Source: Podarcis pityusensis (lineage: Eukaryota). Taken from it: a stretch of DNA of 64,000 nucleotides. The translations under genes were made by a program, and so were the position numbers. Of this stretch, positions 1 to 10,876 are shown one piece after another; the first letter of the stretch is position 1; every line of letters starts with the position of its first letter. Where the stretch lies: assembly GCA_964106645.2 (NCBI GenBank), contig OZ067038.1. One strand, given 5' to 3'. The notes under the pieces were generated by a model that did no database searches, was not told the origin of the DNA, and saw nothing but the letters and a program-made list of their open reading frames with translations.

Positions 1-35
1 CAGTAGGCTCTTTGCTTTGTTATCCTGTGACATGC

Positions 36-220
36 CTTCATAGTGTTCAGCACACAGCGATAAACTGAGATGAGCTGGCCTTGGGCATTTCTGAACAGAA
101 CCCGCTGGGAGCGTCGACATGGAGAGGGGCTCCGATGACTGCCTTCACTGTTGGGTGGTTCAGATTCATTGTCCAAGTCAGAGTCACTGGAATCCGACCC
201 AGAGATGCTGGAGACATCAC
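36..220 (-). CDS. ANKZF1: ANKZF1 coding exon 4
   Basis: ccacag|GT GAT; GDVSSISGSDS...RVLFRNAQGQLISVYRCVLNTMK; 3' end assumes a GC donor (AAG|gcatgt). Confidence 0.82.
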
Positions 221-3200
221 CTGTGGACCAAGGTAGTAACAGAAAAGAAAATCACACAGTCAAGAAGGAAGTGCATCATGTAACGGATTCCAGAGATCCT
301 ATTTCTGGAATTTTAAATCTGAAACTCCTGCCCACAAGGCAGAAAGACAGAGCATTCTCATGCAAAGAAGACAGTCTGGACTGGTAAAGCTGGAAAATTC
401 TCTACTTAAGACAGCTCAGGACCACAGCAGGGAGGAAATATATGTGTGGATCTAGACGACTGAGCTCCTTTGGACATACATTTGACTAATGGAGTATGTT
501 GTCATAGCTAGAGTCAAACCAAAGGGGTCATTATAGTAATAAACTGAAATGAACTAGCATCCCATGCTGGATGAGATTGAGTCTAAGGCACCCATCTGAG
601 ACTTATTCTACCCAGTCTGTTAATGAATGCCTGTGAAGCTGGATGCTTGGAATCTTTGTTAAGGCAAAATGGAGCTCATTAGGACCATCAGAGCTCTTGA
701 GTAGTATTCATAGAATAATAAATTTTAGAGTTGAAAGGGACACCAAGGGTCATCTAGTCCAACCTGCCTCAATGGAGGACTCTCAGCTATTGAACCCATA
801 TCATGTGCCTCTCACCTGCTTGAGTCTTTGCCTCAAATTCTTCAGCTGTGAGCATGCGGTGACCCAGGAGCCGCTGCTTTAGGTTGAAACGATGCCAATC
901 TAGTCGATAATGCTCAGTCTGAACAGGAAAAGAAAGGGACAGTGGGAGAGCCAACATAGGCCACAGTAGTAACTGGTTCAGTGTTCGGCATCTATATCTC
1001 AGGCTACATAGGGAAGGCAAAAGCACCTCTTTGCAATGATCATGAAATACCAAGTGCTTAATTAAGGACATAAAACAGTATCTGGGTCAGTCCAATATGG
1101 AAGTTGCATATCAGTTATTACTATGAGTTTAGAGACTACAATTCCCATCATACAAAATCCTATTTTTGTTGTGATTTGGGGGACTTGAAATCTTAGGAAC
1201 ATAAGAGCAGCCCTGATAGATTGGACCAAAGGTTAATCTTAGTCCAGCATTCTGCTCTCACAGTGGCTAATTAGATACCTATGGGAAGCCTGCAAACAGA
1301 ACCTGAGCACAACAACTCTCTCCCCACTTGTGATTCTCAGCAATTGGTATTCAGACATATTGCCTCTGATAATAGAGGCAGAACATAGTCATCAAGACTG
1401 GGTGCCATTGATAGCCTTATTCTCTATTACAGGGGTGGGGATTCTTCAAATCATGGGTCTAATTGGATCCACAAGGCTGTTTTCTTCAACATGCCCACTT
1501 CCAAACCTCACTTCATATGTGACATGAGATTTGGGGCAGGTAAGCAGATGCTTACAAAAGAACAATTGGTAGCTTGAAGTGAGCGCTTGATTGTCCCTTT
1601 GCAAGTGAGGCTTGCTGACAGTCCTGAGCAGCACTGTTAATGAGCATCTTTGAAGGCATACTTTGACTGACAGCGCACCTTAAAAAAGCCTTGCAGCAAG
1701 TCCCTTTGAAGTCCTTTGCGGGTGCAATTTGAATCCAAACTGCACCTGCAAACAGACAACAAAGAAGCTTGCTACAACCACAGATTAGCTGCCTAGCAGT
1801 TACAGCTTGGTTAAAGAAATTAGCCTGGGGAGGATGGAGGAATTAAGGATCTGGCCTGCAGATTGGATCCAGTTCCCCACCCCTGAGTTTGTCTAATCCT
1901 CTTTAAGGCCAACCAAGCTTGTGGCCCTCACTACATCCCAGGAGAAAAAATTGCATAGTTTTAACTATATGAAGAAGTCCTTTTGTCTGCCCTGAATCTT
2001 TCATCAATCAGGTGATTATTAGGTGATTCAGAGTTCTAATATTACTTTTTTAATTTATATTTTTATACTTTGACATTCAAAAAAGCAAAAATGCCAAAAG
2101 GAAGAGAGGGGAGAAAGAATGTGTTATATCAATGAGAAACAATTTTATGTAGAAAATTATCTATCACTTTTTCATTCAGTACTGAATAAACAAGGGCCAT
2201 CTCTTGATAAAACAATGTTGCAAGCTGTTACTTATAGCTTCCCTTTTATATATTAACTGTGGGAGTAATTCAACACTGGTTTTTCTACCAGTAGCACCTT
2301 AAAGACCAACTAAGTTAGTTCTTGGTATGAGCTTTCGTGTGCAAGCACACTTCTTCAGATACACACGTGCTTGCACACGAAAGCTCATACCAAGAACTAA
2401 CTTAGTTGGTCTTTAAGGTGCTACTGGAAGGAATTTTTTTGTTTTGACTATGGCAGACCAACACGGCTACCTATCTGTAACTGGTTTTTCTGTCAGTGCA
2501 AACATTTCAGCTTTGAAGTCCCAATGACCAGGTGATAAGAGTGCAGTGCACAGGATCAAACTACACAACACTTTGAAGCCCTGATGATCAACTGATTGTT
2601 GGAACTTTAAAGCACTATATCACCAGTCATTGTGAGGTGACTGAAAGGAGAGGTGGCTCCATCCACCTGTCAAATTTGGCCAGTGCAGAGAGTAGGGTAG
2701 GTTAATTTGGGGAGGGGTGTTATTGCGTTGTTTTTGTTTTAATTATGTATGTTGTGTTTTTATATTGTGATTTTATCCTGTGAACCGTCCTGAGACCTGC
2801 AGGTATAGGGCGGTATACAAATTTAATAAATAATAGTAGGAGTAGGAGTAGTAATAGAGATAAGGATCTGTCCCACTGGCCATATCCAGATTCATGCTGT
2901 TGATCTACTGGATACTGTATTTCATCTGAGGACAAGAGACAAATGGATTTTTGCACCATATTGTTCCCACAGAAAGCATTGTTCAAAAACATTCAGCAAC
3001 ACCCACCTGCTCCTCTCTATTGTCAAAGGCCTTTGAGCAGGCAGAGCAGTACATCCTGTCTGACACCTCTAAGATCCTACTAGGTCGATCTGGTCCCTTA
3101 GTCACTGTAGTGAACAGAATGAAAATGAACACAGTTACTGGCACAAATACAGTTATGTATGAAGGAATGTAAATCTTTATTTAACACAACTCAAATGTAT

Positions 3201-3899
3201 AACACCTCAGCAAATTCTGAGGGGCTTAAGAATGTAAAAATCCTGATACAGAAGGCTGCAAATCTTAAACATTAGAATGAAAACCCAAAAAAAGGAATCG
3301 AGAAATATTGTGTGTGAGAGAGTATCACTAACACCTCAATAGGAAGAATCCTGGATGGAATACACAAACAGCCCCAGTATTTAGTTTAAACATAACTGGT
3401 TTAAACTAATTGACAAAGATGCAAAATTACTAAAGCGGCACACTGATGATGTCATAAAGTGACACACTAACAAACACAAAAGGAAACCATGGTTTCTCAT
3501 TACATGAATAAGCCACAGAAAGCCTTCAGCTTCCTCTTTTTGTGGTCATGAGGATAAAATCAGAAGCATTTGATTCCCATTTTAAACTAAAAGTTTTCCA
3601 AGCTGTTTGAGCTTCGGGAATTGTTGCTTGGTTACCAAGAACAAGCCAAGATCAAACTGTGGTTTCAAATCCTTATGTGTTTTCACCAACCGTAGTTTTA
3701 AACTCATGAGTCATGAACTCCGCAAACCTGGTGAACCCTTGGCCAGAACCCTTTTCCAGATATATGGCCCTTTAAAAGCAGTACCTGGAATGGCCACCGA
3801 TGTGACATCTCCTGATGATTCAGTTACAAGGCAAAGTCCATTCATTAAAGCTGCATTCTGAGCTGCATCAAACACAGAAAAGGTCTCAGCAGGCTGCAT
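36..3899 (-). CDS. ANKZF1: ANKZF1 (Vms1 homolog), 5' portion; coding exons 3785-3899, 3007-3104, 816-918, 36-220; gene continues beyond left edge
   Basis: Spliced translation MQPAETFSVFD...GLCLV / ...RMYCSACSKAFDNREEQ / TEHYRLDWHRFNLKQRLLG... / GDVSSISGSD...RVLFRNAQGQLISVYRCVL matches the ANKZF1 N-terminus and C2H2 finger; intron phases 1,0,1 are consistent; head-to-head with ATG9A as in other vertebrates. Confidence 0.93.
816..918 (-). CDS. ANKZF1: ANKZF1 coding exon 3
   Basis: ttcag|ACT...G|gtgag; TEHYRLDWHRFNLKQRL. Confidence 0.93.
1195..2045 (-). mobile_element. CR1-type LINE 3' fragment interrupted by a hAT-like element (1430-1885)
   Basis: CATAAGA...GGACCAAAGGT...TAGTCCAGCATTCTG CR1-tail-like sequence resumes after the insert; insert TIRs CAGGGGTGGGGA / TCCCCACCCCTG. 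Confidence 0.55.
2287..2479. mobile_element. Short Penelope-like element with inverted pseudo-LTR arms and a 12-bp TSD
   Basis: Perfect 61-bp inverted repeat 2288-2348 / 2367-2427; TSD ACTGGTTTTTCT at 2275-2286 and 2480-2491; GTAGCACCTTAAAGAC and CAGACCAACACGGCTAC ends resemble reptile Penelope-like repeats. Confidence 0.75.
2325..2362 (-). ncRNA. Minimal hammerhead ribozyme motif (Penelope-type)
   Basis: - strand GUAU-CUGAAGA-A-GUGUG-CUUG-CACAC-GAAA-GC-UC^AUAC: core boxes, stem II, stem I and palindromic AGCU mini stem III. Confidence 0.65.
3007..3104 (-). CDS. ANKZF1: ANKZF1 coding exon 2 (CxxC of zinc finger)
   Basis: ctacag|TG...CAG|gtgggt; EVSDRMYCSACSKAFDNREEQ. Confidence 0.88.
3785..3899 (-). 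CDS. ANKZF1: ANKZF1 first coding exon
   Basis: Acceptor ccctcag|ATC ATG (exon starts 3902), donor CCAG|gtactg; MQPAETFSVFDAAQNAALMNGLCLV. Confidence 0.85.
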
Positions 3900-4236
3900 G
3901 ATCTGAGGGAGAAAGAGAGAGAAAATCAGCAAGCTTTTTTGGAAAGGGACCCTCCACTCCTACGGTTAACAACACATCCAGCTGTTATATCTCTATATTC
4001 AATGAGGAGTTATGAAAAATCTCCTTTGTCCTCAAGGGACAAATGCAAAAAACAGCCCCCACCCCCCAGGGCTGGATTTCTGTCTCTGTAACACACAGAA
4101 AGTATAATTTTTACAATAGGTGCAGCTTTCTCCTATTTCTCCTATTGACAGTGAAGTTGCACCCTTTATTCTCCTTTCCATGGGCAGCAATTCTTAGGGG
4201 AACATATGATTCCGAGCCTATACCAGATATGACATA

Positions 4237-4462
4237 CAGTGATACCTCGGATTAAGTACTTAATTCATTCTGGAGGTCCGTTCTTAACCTGAAACTGTTC
4301 TTAACCTGAAGCACCACTTTAGCTAATGGGGCCTCCTGCTGCCGCTGCGCCGCCAGAGCACGATTTCTGTTCTCATCCTGAAGCAAAGTTCTTAACCCGA
4401 GATAATATTTCTGGGTTAGTGGAGTCTGTAACCTAAAGCGTATGTAACCCGAGGTACCACTG
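4237..4462. mobile_element. Tc1/mariner-pogo-type MITE
   Basis: TIRs CAGTGATACCTCG / CGAGGTACCACTG, TA on both flanks. Confidence 0.85.
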
Positions 4463-4819
4463 TATAGGCTAAAGGCTTCTATTCCTTATTATAAATACAT
4501 GGTAGGGCAGCAAGCGGGTTGTTTTGTAAACAGCTTTGAGGGTATGTGTGTGTCTGTTTTAGCAATCAAGCAATGAATACATTTTATGAAATAAATAAAA
4601 CAAACAAGCACAACCCTAAATTTGCCCGTTTTAGGTCAAGTCAATTATTCCTGGAGACACCTTTTCCCCTCAGGTTCATGAAAGTGCACCTGCATACACG
4701 GTTACCTGGGAAGAACATTGTGTGGATAGTGTCACTGAAGTCCTTTCTAAATCAGGGCTGACTATTCTATTACTGTATTGAGGCCCCACTCCTTTCATAT
4801 TTTAATATCTTTTGGCCCT

Positions 4820-5147
4820 GGTAAAGGTAAAGGTACCCCTGCCCGTACAGGCCAGTCGTGTCCGACTCTAGGGTTGTGCGCCCATCTCACTTAAGAGGCC
4901 GGGGGCCAGCGCTGTCTGGAGACACTTCTGGGTCACGTGGCCAGCGTGACGAAGCTGCTCTGGCGAGCCAGCACCAGCGCAGCACACGGAAACGCCGTTT
5001 ACCTTCCCGCTATAAAGCGGTACTTATTTATCTACTTGCACTTAGGGGTGCTTTCGAACTGCTAGGTGGGCAGGAGCTGGGACCGAAAGACGGGAGCTCA
5101 CCCCGCTGCGGGGATTCGAACCGCCGACCATACGATCGGCAAGTCCT
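4820..5147 (-). mobile_element. Sauria-type SINE
   Basis: (ACCTTT)n tail on - strand, GGAAACGCCGTTTACCTTCCCG core, B-box-like GGTTCGAATCC on - strand. Confidence 0.8.
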
Positions 5148-6263
5148 GGTACAACACTGAAATAAGAAGTTGCTGGGGCAGAAATAATCAATTCTATTTT
5201 ACAACAGCATAAGATACTAAGCTCTGGGATCAGATGACCAGCACACAGTTGCTCTCAAACTTCCTGTGTCCCAACTAGTGTCCAAAAGATCCAAAATCTC
5301 TTGGTGCCTCTATGATATGTCTCAATCTCCTAGTGGTGCTTGCAACAGATATTATTACAGTATCAAAAGTCTTTAATGGTTAGTCAAGAGTTGGAAAGAG
5401 TTCGTCTGAAAAGCTATGCAATTCTGAAAAGAATTGTGCAGTAGTTCACTCACAACTGTACTGAGGTGCAACTGTGCATTAAAAATAATGACCAGGTCAA
5501 GGAAGGTCAGAAAATGAAGGATATGTCAGCTGTTTCAGACTGACTGATAAGTCAGCCATTCACTCCACCAAAGGTGAAGGTGGGGCAGAAAGGTCACCAA
5601 ACCAGTTGTGCAGGCTCCATACACAGTCCCAGGGTCAAGTATAAGAAGATAACATCATTTGTCTACACTGCAAGCAGCAACATAACAACAGAGCAAGAGA
5701 CAGGGAAAAAGCTTCTCACAAGTCATAATCGAGACACAGAAACCACAGGACAAAACAGGCTAGCTATTATTATTATTTTAATTACTTAAGGCTAGCTATT
5801 GAGTCATAAGGATTACACATGCACAAGAAGTTACAGCAGAGGAGGAAAAGGCCAGTGCGGGTGGGGGCCGACATGTGTCAAGAAAATCAATCGCCTGAAT
5901 CTACTGGTCTTTAACTGGTGGAACTGGACCTGCAAGTGAGCAGGTTCAGGGTATTTGTCAGGGTTCCCCCCCCCCCCGGAAAAAACAACAACCAACAATA
6001 TCCTTTGACATGCTATTAAAGTATTCCAAGAATTCTTTAAGTATTAGTCCTGAGAGCAGAGCCACCATTCATTGCCAGGGGTTCATATGACGGGGTGAAC
6101 CATTGTTCAGGCGCCGGTCCTGCTAGAAGAAACCCGTGTCAGCTGCCACGTTCAGCAGGGTTGGCGGAGAAATGCAGCGGGGAAGATGCCAAGAGAGATA
6201 AGCAGCGCGACCCCGAGTGTTTCAGGAGGCCCCGGGGATGCTGTCGGAACAGGGGGCGCTTAC

Positions 6264-6330
6264 CACACTCCCGGCTGGAAATCACACGAGGCGCCTCTAC
6301 TCCTCTCGCTGCGGACCTTCGCCCTCTGGC
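6264..6330 (-). other. ANKZF1: Probable non-coding exon 1 of ANKZF1 (5' end approximate)
   Basis: Donor GTG|gtaagc on - strand just downstream of the ETS-CRE element. Confidence 0.55.
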
Positions 6331-6556
6331 TTACGTCACTTCCGTTTGTCACGGACCCCGCCCCCTCCCGTCGGAGACAATCCTTTCCCCGCCCCGCCTC
6401 CTCCTCTTCCTCCCCCCACCGCAGCTTTCCCATTGGCCCTCCCCGATCCCACCTCCTCGTCCTTTCCCGGCCTCCCATTGGCAGCGGAAAGCGCCCGCCG
6501 GTCGGGACAAGGGAGGAGGCGAGCGGGGCGGGGAGAGAGAGAGAGAGAGAGAGAGA

Positions 6557-6643
6557 AAGTGAGTGACAGACAGAGCCTGGGAAGTCGCGGCGGCGGAGGA
6601 GGCTGAGCCCCGGGTCCGGTCACTAGGGGCGACTGTCCTGGAG
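6557..6643 (+). other. ATG9A: Probable non-coding exon 1 of ATG9A (5' end approximate)
   Basis: Donor GAG|gtgagc within the CpG island. Confidence 0.6.
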
Positions 6644-7144
6644 GTGAGCCGCGCAGCCGCCGCCGGGAAAGGGATGGCGGGGGGGGGGGGAGGACGGGGA
6701 CGTGGGCCTCGCCTTGGAATCCCCGCCGCGCCGCCTCCCTCCCGCTTCCCAAGTAAACAACCTCCGAGGAAGGCCCCTCCCGGCCCGGCTCAGCCAAAAC
6801 AAAACAGCCTCGGAGGAGCTGCCTGGGGCCGCCCAAGGAAAAGACACCCCCCCCGTCCCTCTCTCCGCTGTGCCTGGCAGCGCTGCCTTTCCAACTCGGG
6901 AGGAGGGATCCGGCGAGTGGGCTGGCTCCCCTCCGGCTCAGTCCATCCCAGGGGGTGAGAGGGTTAAGGTGCAACCCAAAGGGGGCCCTTCCTCACCTGG
7001 CGGAGCAGGCCGCCTCTCCCTGGATTCCCTCTCCTTTGATTCGCGGGCGCCGGGGGAGCAGAACCAGCCCCTTCTTTGCCAATCAACCCCACAAAAGGGG
7101 CCTGAAGCTGTTCCTGTTTCGGGTTGGAGAGTGTTGAGTGGAAC

Positions 7145-7405
7145 CAGTGCCGGATTTACCTATAAATTTTGGGGCCCCCAAAAAATTTAAAAGGAAAAAA
7201 CACCAAAATATAAGATGAAAACAAATAAAACCCACATACAGCAACAGTGTTTTGTGTTGTGTAGGGACCTGTTAGGTCCATAAATTACCATACAGCATAT
7301 ATTCAACACAAAAAACAGGAACAATTTGTTGCTGACAGCTGGACATATAAAGGGCCCCATTACCTTCAGTAGCTTAGGGCCTCAGCAAACCTAAATCCGG
7401 CCCTG
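7145..7405. mobile_element. hAT-type MITE
   Basis: TIRs CAGTGCCGGATTTA / TAAATCCGGCCCTG; perfect 8-bp TSD AGTGGAAC. Confidence 0.85.
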
Positions 7406-7507
7406 AGTGGAACCAGCAGCCTCCAAGAGTCATCCTGCCAGCCGAACGGCCACATGCCCCTTGAAAGTCTCCATCTCCAGTGTACATCCTGCCTTTTTTC
7501 TTTTCAG

Positions 7508-7614
7508 GCGGGGGGGAAAAGCACATTGGGGATCCAAGGCTAGAGATGCCAGTCAGATGCCCAGAGAACAGCACAAGCAGGCGGTTCCTGCAGCACTAGG
7601 AGTAAATGGAGCAG
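7508..7614 (+). other. ATG9A: Candidate ATG9A 5'UTR exon 2 (contains three upstream ATGs)
   Basis: Strong acceptor ccttttttcttttcag| and donor CAG|gtgagt. Confidence 0.5.
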
Positions 7615-8894
7615 GTGAGTCTCTCGGGATGTGTGTGTGTGTGTGTGTGTGTGCGCGCCATGTGCATAGGTGTTGCTTCAAGAGGGATTTATTTTGCCAT
7701 TTGTTTTTGTCTGTCTGAATTGTAGTAGCTTACACCAAGTAAGATGGGTGTGCCCTTCCTGTAGCTGTAGGCACTGCATCTACATGAGTCAAAGTACAGG
7801 GTAAATAAGGAGAAATAGTTAAAATGGGTGTGGTTGTTTTATTTGCAAAAGTGGCAAGAATATATGTACATGCTCTGAATGAAGAAAAATCATTTGACAT
7901 GCTGTTACAGTATCCCAAGGATCCTTTAATCCAAGTGTGGGTTGAAACTTTGTAGTAGTCCATGGGTGAATCACTGATTTCTGGTTGGCCTGCTGGTTGG
8001 TAGAATTCTTGCCAAGAATGTGCGAGTAGGCTAACTCTGGTCTTATCCAACAATACATGTCTTATCTACTAAGGCAAGAATGGATACGTTGGATCGCTAG
8101 TTGAAAAAAATAGAGAAGTCACACGTGACTGTAGTCCGCCCATGTTCTAGTCATGACAGACAGTTAAAATTTCTAAATATCCTAAATGATTGTGCTGTAG
8201 AACATTTGGTCATGGAACATCTGAGACGCGACCCTGAACTTACTTGTAAGTGGTGCCAGTACTTTGTGCAATATTTAAGTGTTGTTCAACTAGTTGGAAA
8301 CAGTAACCAAAGAGTTATCAAATTCAACATATATGTAAGCAGAGTAGAGAATGGCTAAGGATGTCCACAGTTACATATGACTTCAAAAAATGAAATCTCA
8401 AAAATGAAATGATTGGTTGAAAGTCAAGTTGAAAGGGAAAGACTAGAGGGTCAAATCTCTCCAAAACATATTGGTGTTATTCAGAATCACAAGAATAGAA
8501 GCATAGCTCGAATGTATACTGCAAGTCAGGGAAGATGCTAGTGTAATAGAAGCAAGGAAGCTGTTAGAGGCAATAAGGCTTCTTCCTTCCTTTCACAAAA
8601 TGGGAGGTCTTGCTCAATTAAGGAGAACAAAATGGAACACATGCTTGCAAAACAAATTCAAAAAAGAAAGTAAGTTTTGAGGTGCATATAGCTAAAAATA
8701 TTAAGATCAACAATAAAAAATATTAAAAGTGTGTGTGACAGATGTGAAAAGGGAAAATTACGGGCCAATGATTCTGTCTGTCACATCCCATAATAGGATA
8801 CTGTAGAGCTGGAAAGTGTGGAAAAGGTAAACCAAAAACATTGAGTAACTTTTTTAGTTTTAAAAAAAAGGTGAGTAAAGGGGGAGCATGTCCG

Positions 8895-9205
8895 AGGGAG
8901 ATAAAATTATACATGATGTGAAGCAAGTGGATAGAGAGAACTTTCCTCTTGCTCTGTCATAGTGCTGGAGTCTGAGGCCATTCAGTGAGGTGGGAGATTC
9001 AGGACTGATAAAGGGAAGTACTTCACACACCTGCAAAATTGAAATTTGTTACCATAGGATGTAATGGAAGCCATAAACCTACAGAGCTTTAAAAAAGGAT
9101 TTGACAAATTCATGGGGATAAGGCTACTATTCACAATGTCTATATACTACCACCTGGATCAGAGGCAGCAGGCCACAGAATACCAGTTGTAGGGGGAACA
9201 GCAGC
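8895..9205 (+). mobile_element. CR1 LINE 3' fragment
   Basis: Degenerate CR1-end sequence (ATAAAATTATACATG...TACTTCACAC...TTTAAAAAAGGATTTGACAAATTCATGG). Confidence 0.55.
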
Positions 9206-10773
9206 AGCAGAACAACCCTGAGTAATTGCCCCCTTTGCCTACTTTTTCTGACCCTCTCTAGCAAGTTGCTGTGTGGCAGGAACCTTAATGATTAAATAAC
9301 TGAAAATGCTAGGTTGCAATGATGATGAGACTAAAAGACAGTGAAGATGAAAAGGTCACTGAATGCAAACCTCAAAAACTTAGTTCCTTTTCTTGATCCC
9401 TTGAGACAGAAGGAGAGTCAACCTGAGAGAGAATCTCTCTTGATTACACTCCCTCATGTACACACACACCTCCCAGAAGGGTAGATTCTCCCACTGATAA
9501 TTGCCTTTCACTCCACCTAGATGTCACTAAAATCCTCCTCATTATATCACTGGACCCCTTCCTTGTACGTACCAGACTAGAGATCTCCAGACCTTACTTT
9601 AGGGTAGTCTGAGCATCAGTCTGTGTCTTTCAGTCACCCCTCCAACAACTGTCCATGCAACTCCATGTCACTCTCAAGGTACACCTTTAACGCAGTGCTG
9701 GGTGCCAGATCAAGAAGCCTGATAAGGGTTCTGTCACCCAGTAGCATGAAGTTTGGTTCCCCAAAGAGCTGAAGTCACTAGGGCATAGAATTCCTGGCCC
9801 TAGTTATGGTCTTGGTCCTGGTCTTTACCTCAGCTGAGCCTCAGTAGATCACCTTTGGCAAATTCTCTCTATCTTCCCGGGGTCTCATAGCTCCACCACT
9901 TAATTTTACACCTTGTAGCATAGGAACTCTTGCTTTTCTCTAGACTAGAAGTTTGAATGTGTTAGAATATTGGCTATAAAATGCACCTTTGAGTTTGCAT
10001 ATATGTTGTGCTTTACTATGAATCTGTTTTGAAAATATGCATGTGACTGGATGCACACACGGGTTCTCAGATACACAAGAGCATGTGATGGTGACACCGT
10101 GGGGACAGAATACTAGGCTAGATAAAGTTTTTTTATTTCTCTTTTTTCATTATATTGCATTTTTTACTTCTGGTATAGAAAGAAAGCTAGAACAGTAGGC
10201 TAAAATGAAAGTGAAGCTGAAGTTCTTCTAAACCCCAACTAGATAGGTTTCCTTTAGTTGAAACGTTGTACTTTCCTTTGTGTGGGGGAAGAGATTGATA
10301 TACTTGCAACGGTATGTATCAAGTCCCTGCTCTGCCTGTTCATGAAATTAAATGTATAATAATAATAATAATAATAACAATAACAGCAACAACAACAACT
10401 TTGTTGCAGACAACAGTTTGTAAATATGATGTAAAGCAAAGTCTCAAAACCCAGAATAGGTTTGGACAGGATGTTTCATGATCAGGCAGTGTTTCCTGCA
10501 ATGCTCTCACCAGCAATAATTATTTCCTACTTCTTAATTTGTGCTGTTTTGTCTCCTGCTGCTTTCCTCTCTCCACTCTTTTCCTTCCTTGCCCTCTGTT
10601 ATTTGGTCCCCAGAAGCTTCCAGTTCCTTTTAAGGGTAAAACTAAAATGAAATGAGTCTCCCAACCCAACTGATGCCTTCTAGTTATGTCTTAAATGCTA
10701 CTTTTTTTTTTACCCTCTCTTTTCCCCCCTCAGAGCCTGTGTGACGTTGGATGAGGCCCAGCTCAGTGACAAC

Positions 10774-10876
10774 ATGGCTCACTTTGATACAGAGTATCAG
10801 CGGCTGGAGGCCTCCTACAATGATTCTCCCCCAGGAGAAGAGGACCTGATGGTTCATGTTGCCGAGGGCAGCAAAT
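10774..10876 (+). CDS. ATG9A: ATG9A coding exon 1
   Basis: MAHFDTEYQRLEASYNDSPPGEEDLMVHVAEGSK; exon starts 10734; donor gtgagt. Confidence 0.95.

Larger units (their letters stand above)
6100..7100. promoter_or_regulatory. Bidirectional CpG-island promoter for ANKZF1 and ATG9A
   Basis: CpG/GC-rich; ETS-CRE composite at 6331-6345, GC boxes ~6357 and ~6387, inverted CCAAT at 6432 and 6477, (GA)n 6533-6556; - strand donor at 6263 and + strand donor at 6644. Confidence 0.85.

Noticed and set aside
2288-2427. pre-miRNA or CRISPR-like interpretation of the hairpin
   Set aside because: A perfect long stem with TSD and Penelope-like ends is better explained as a retroelement; eukaryotic context with no repeat-spacer array
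6095-7190. Several long overlapping ORFs (up to 212 aa)
   Set aside because: Stop-poor GC-rich CpG island; low-complexity Pro/Gly/Arg translations in multiple frames
8118-8130. CLEAR/TFEB-like E-box in an ATG9A 5' intron
   Set aside because: Single imperfect CACGTG site, expected by chance
9319-9365. C/D-box snoRNA-like TGATGA...CTGA
   Set aside because: Boxes only ~40 nt apart with no convincing terminal stem
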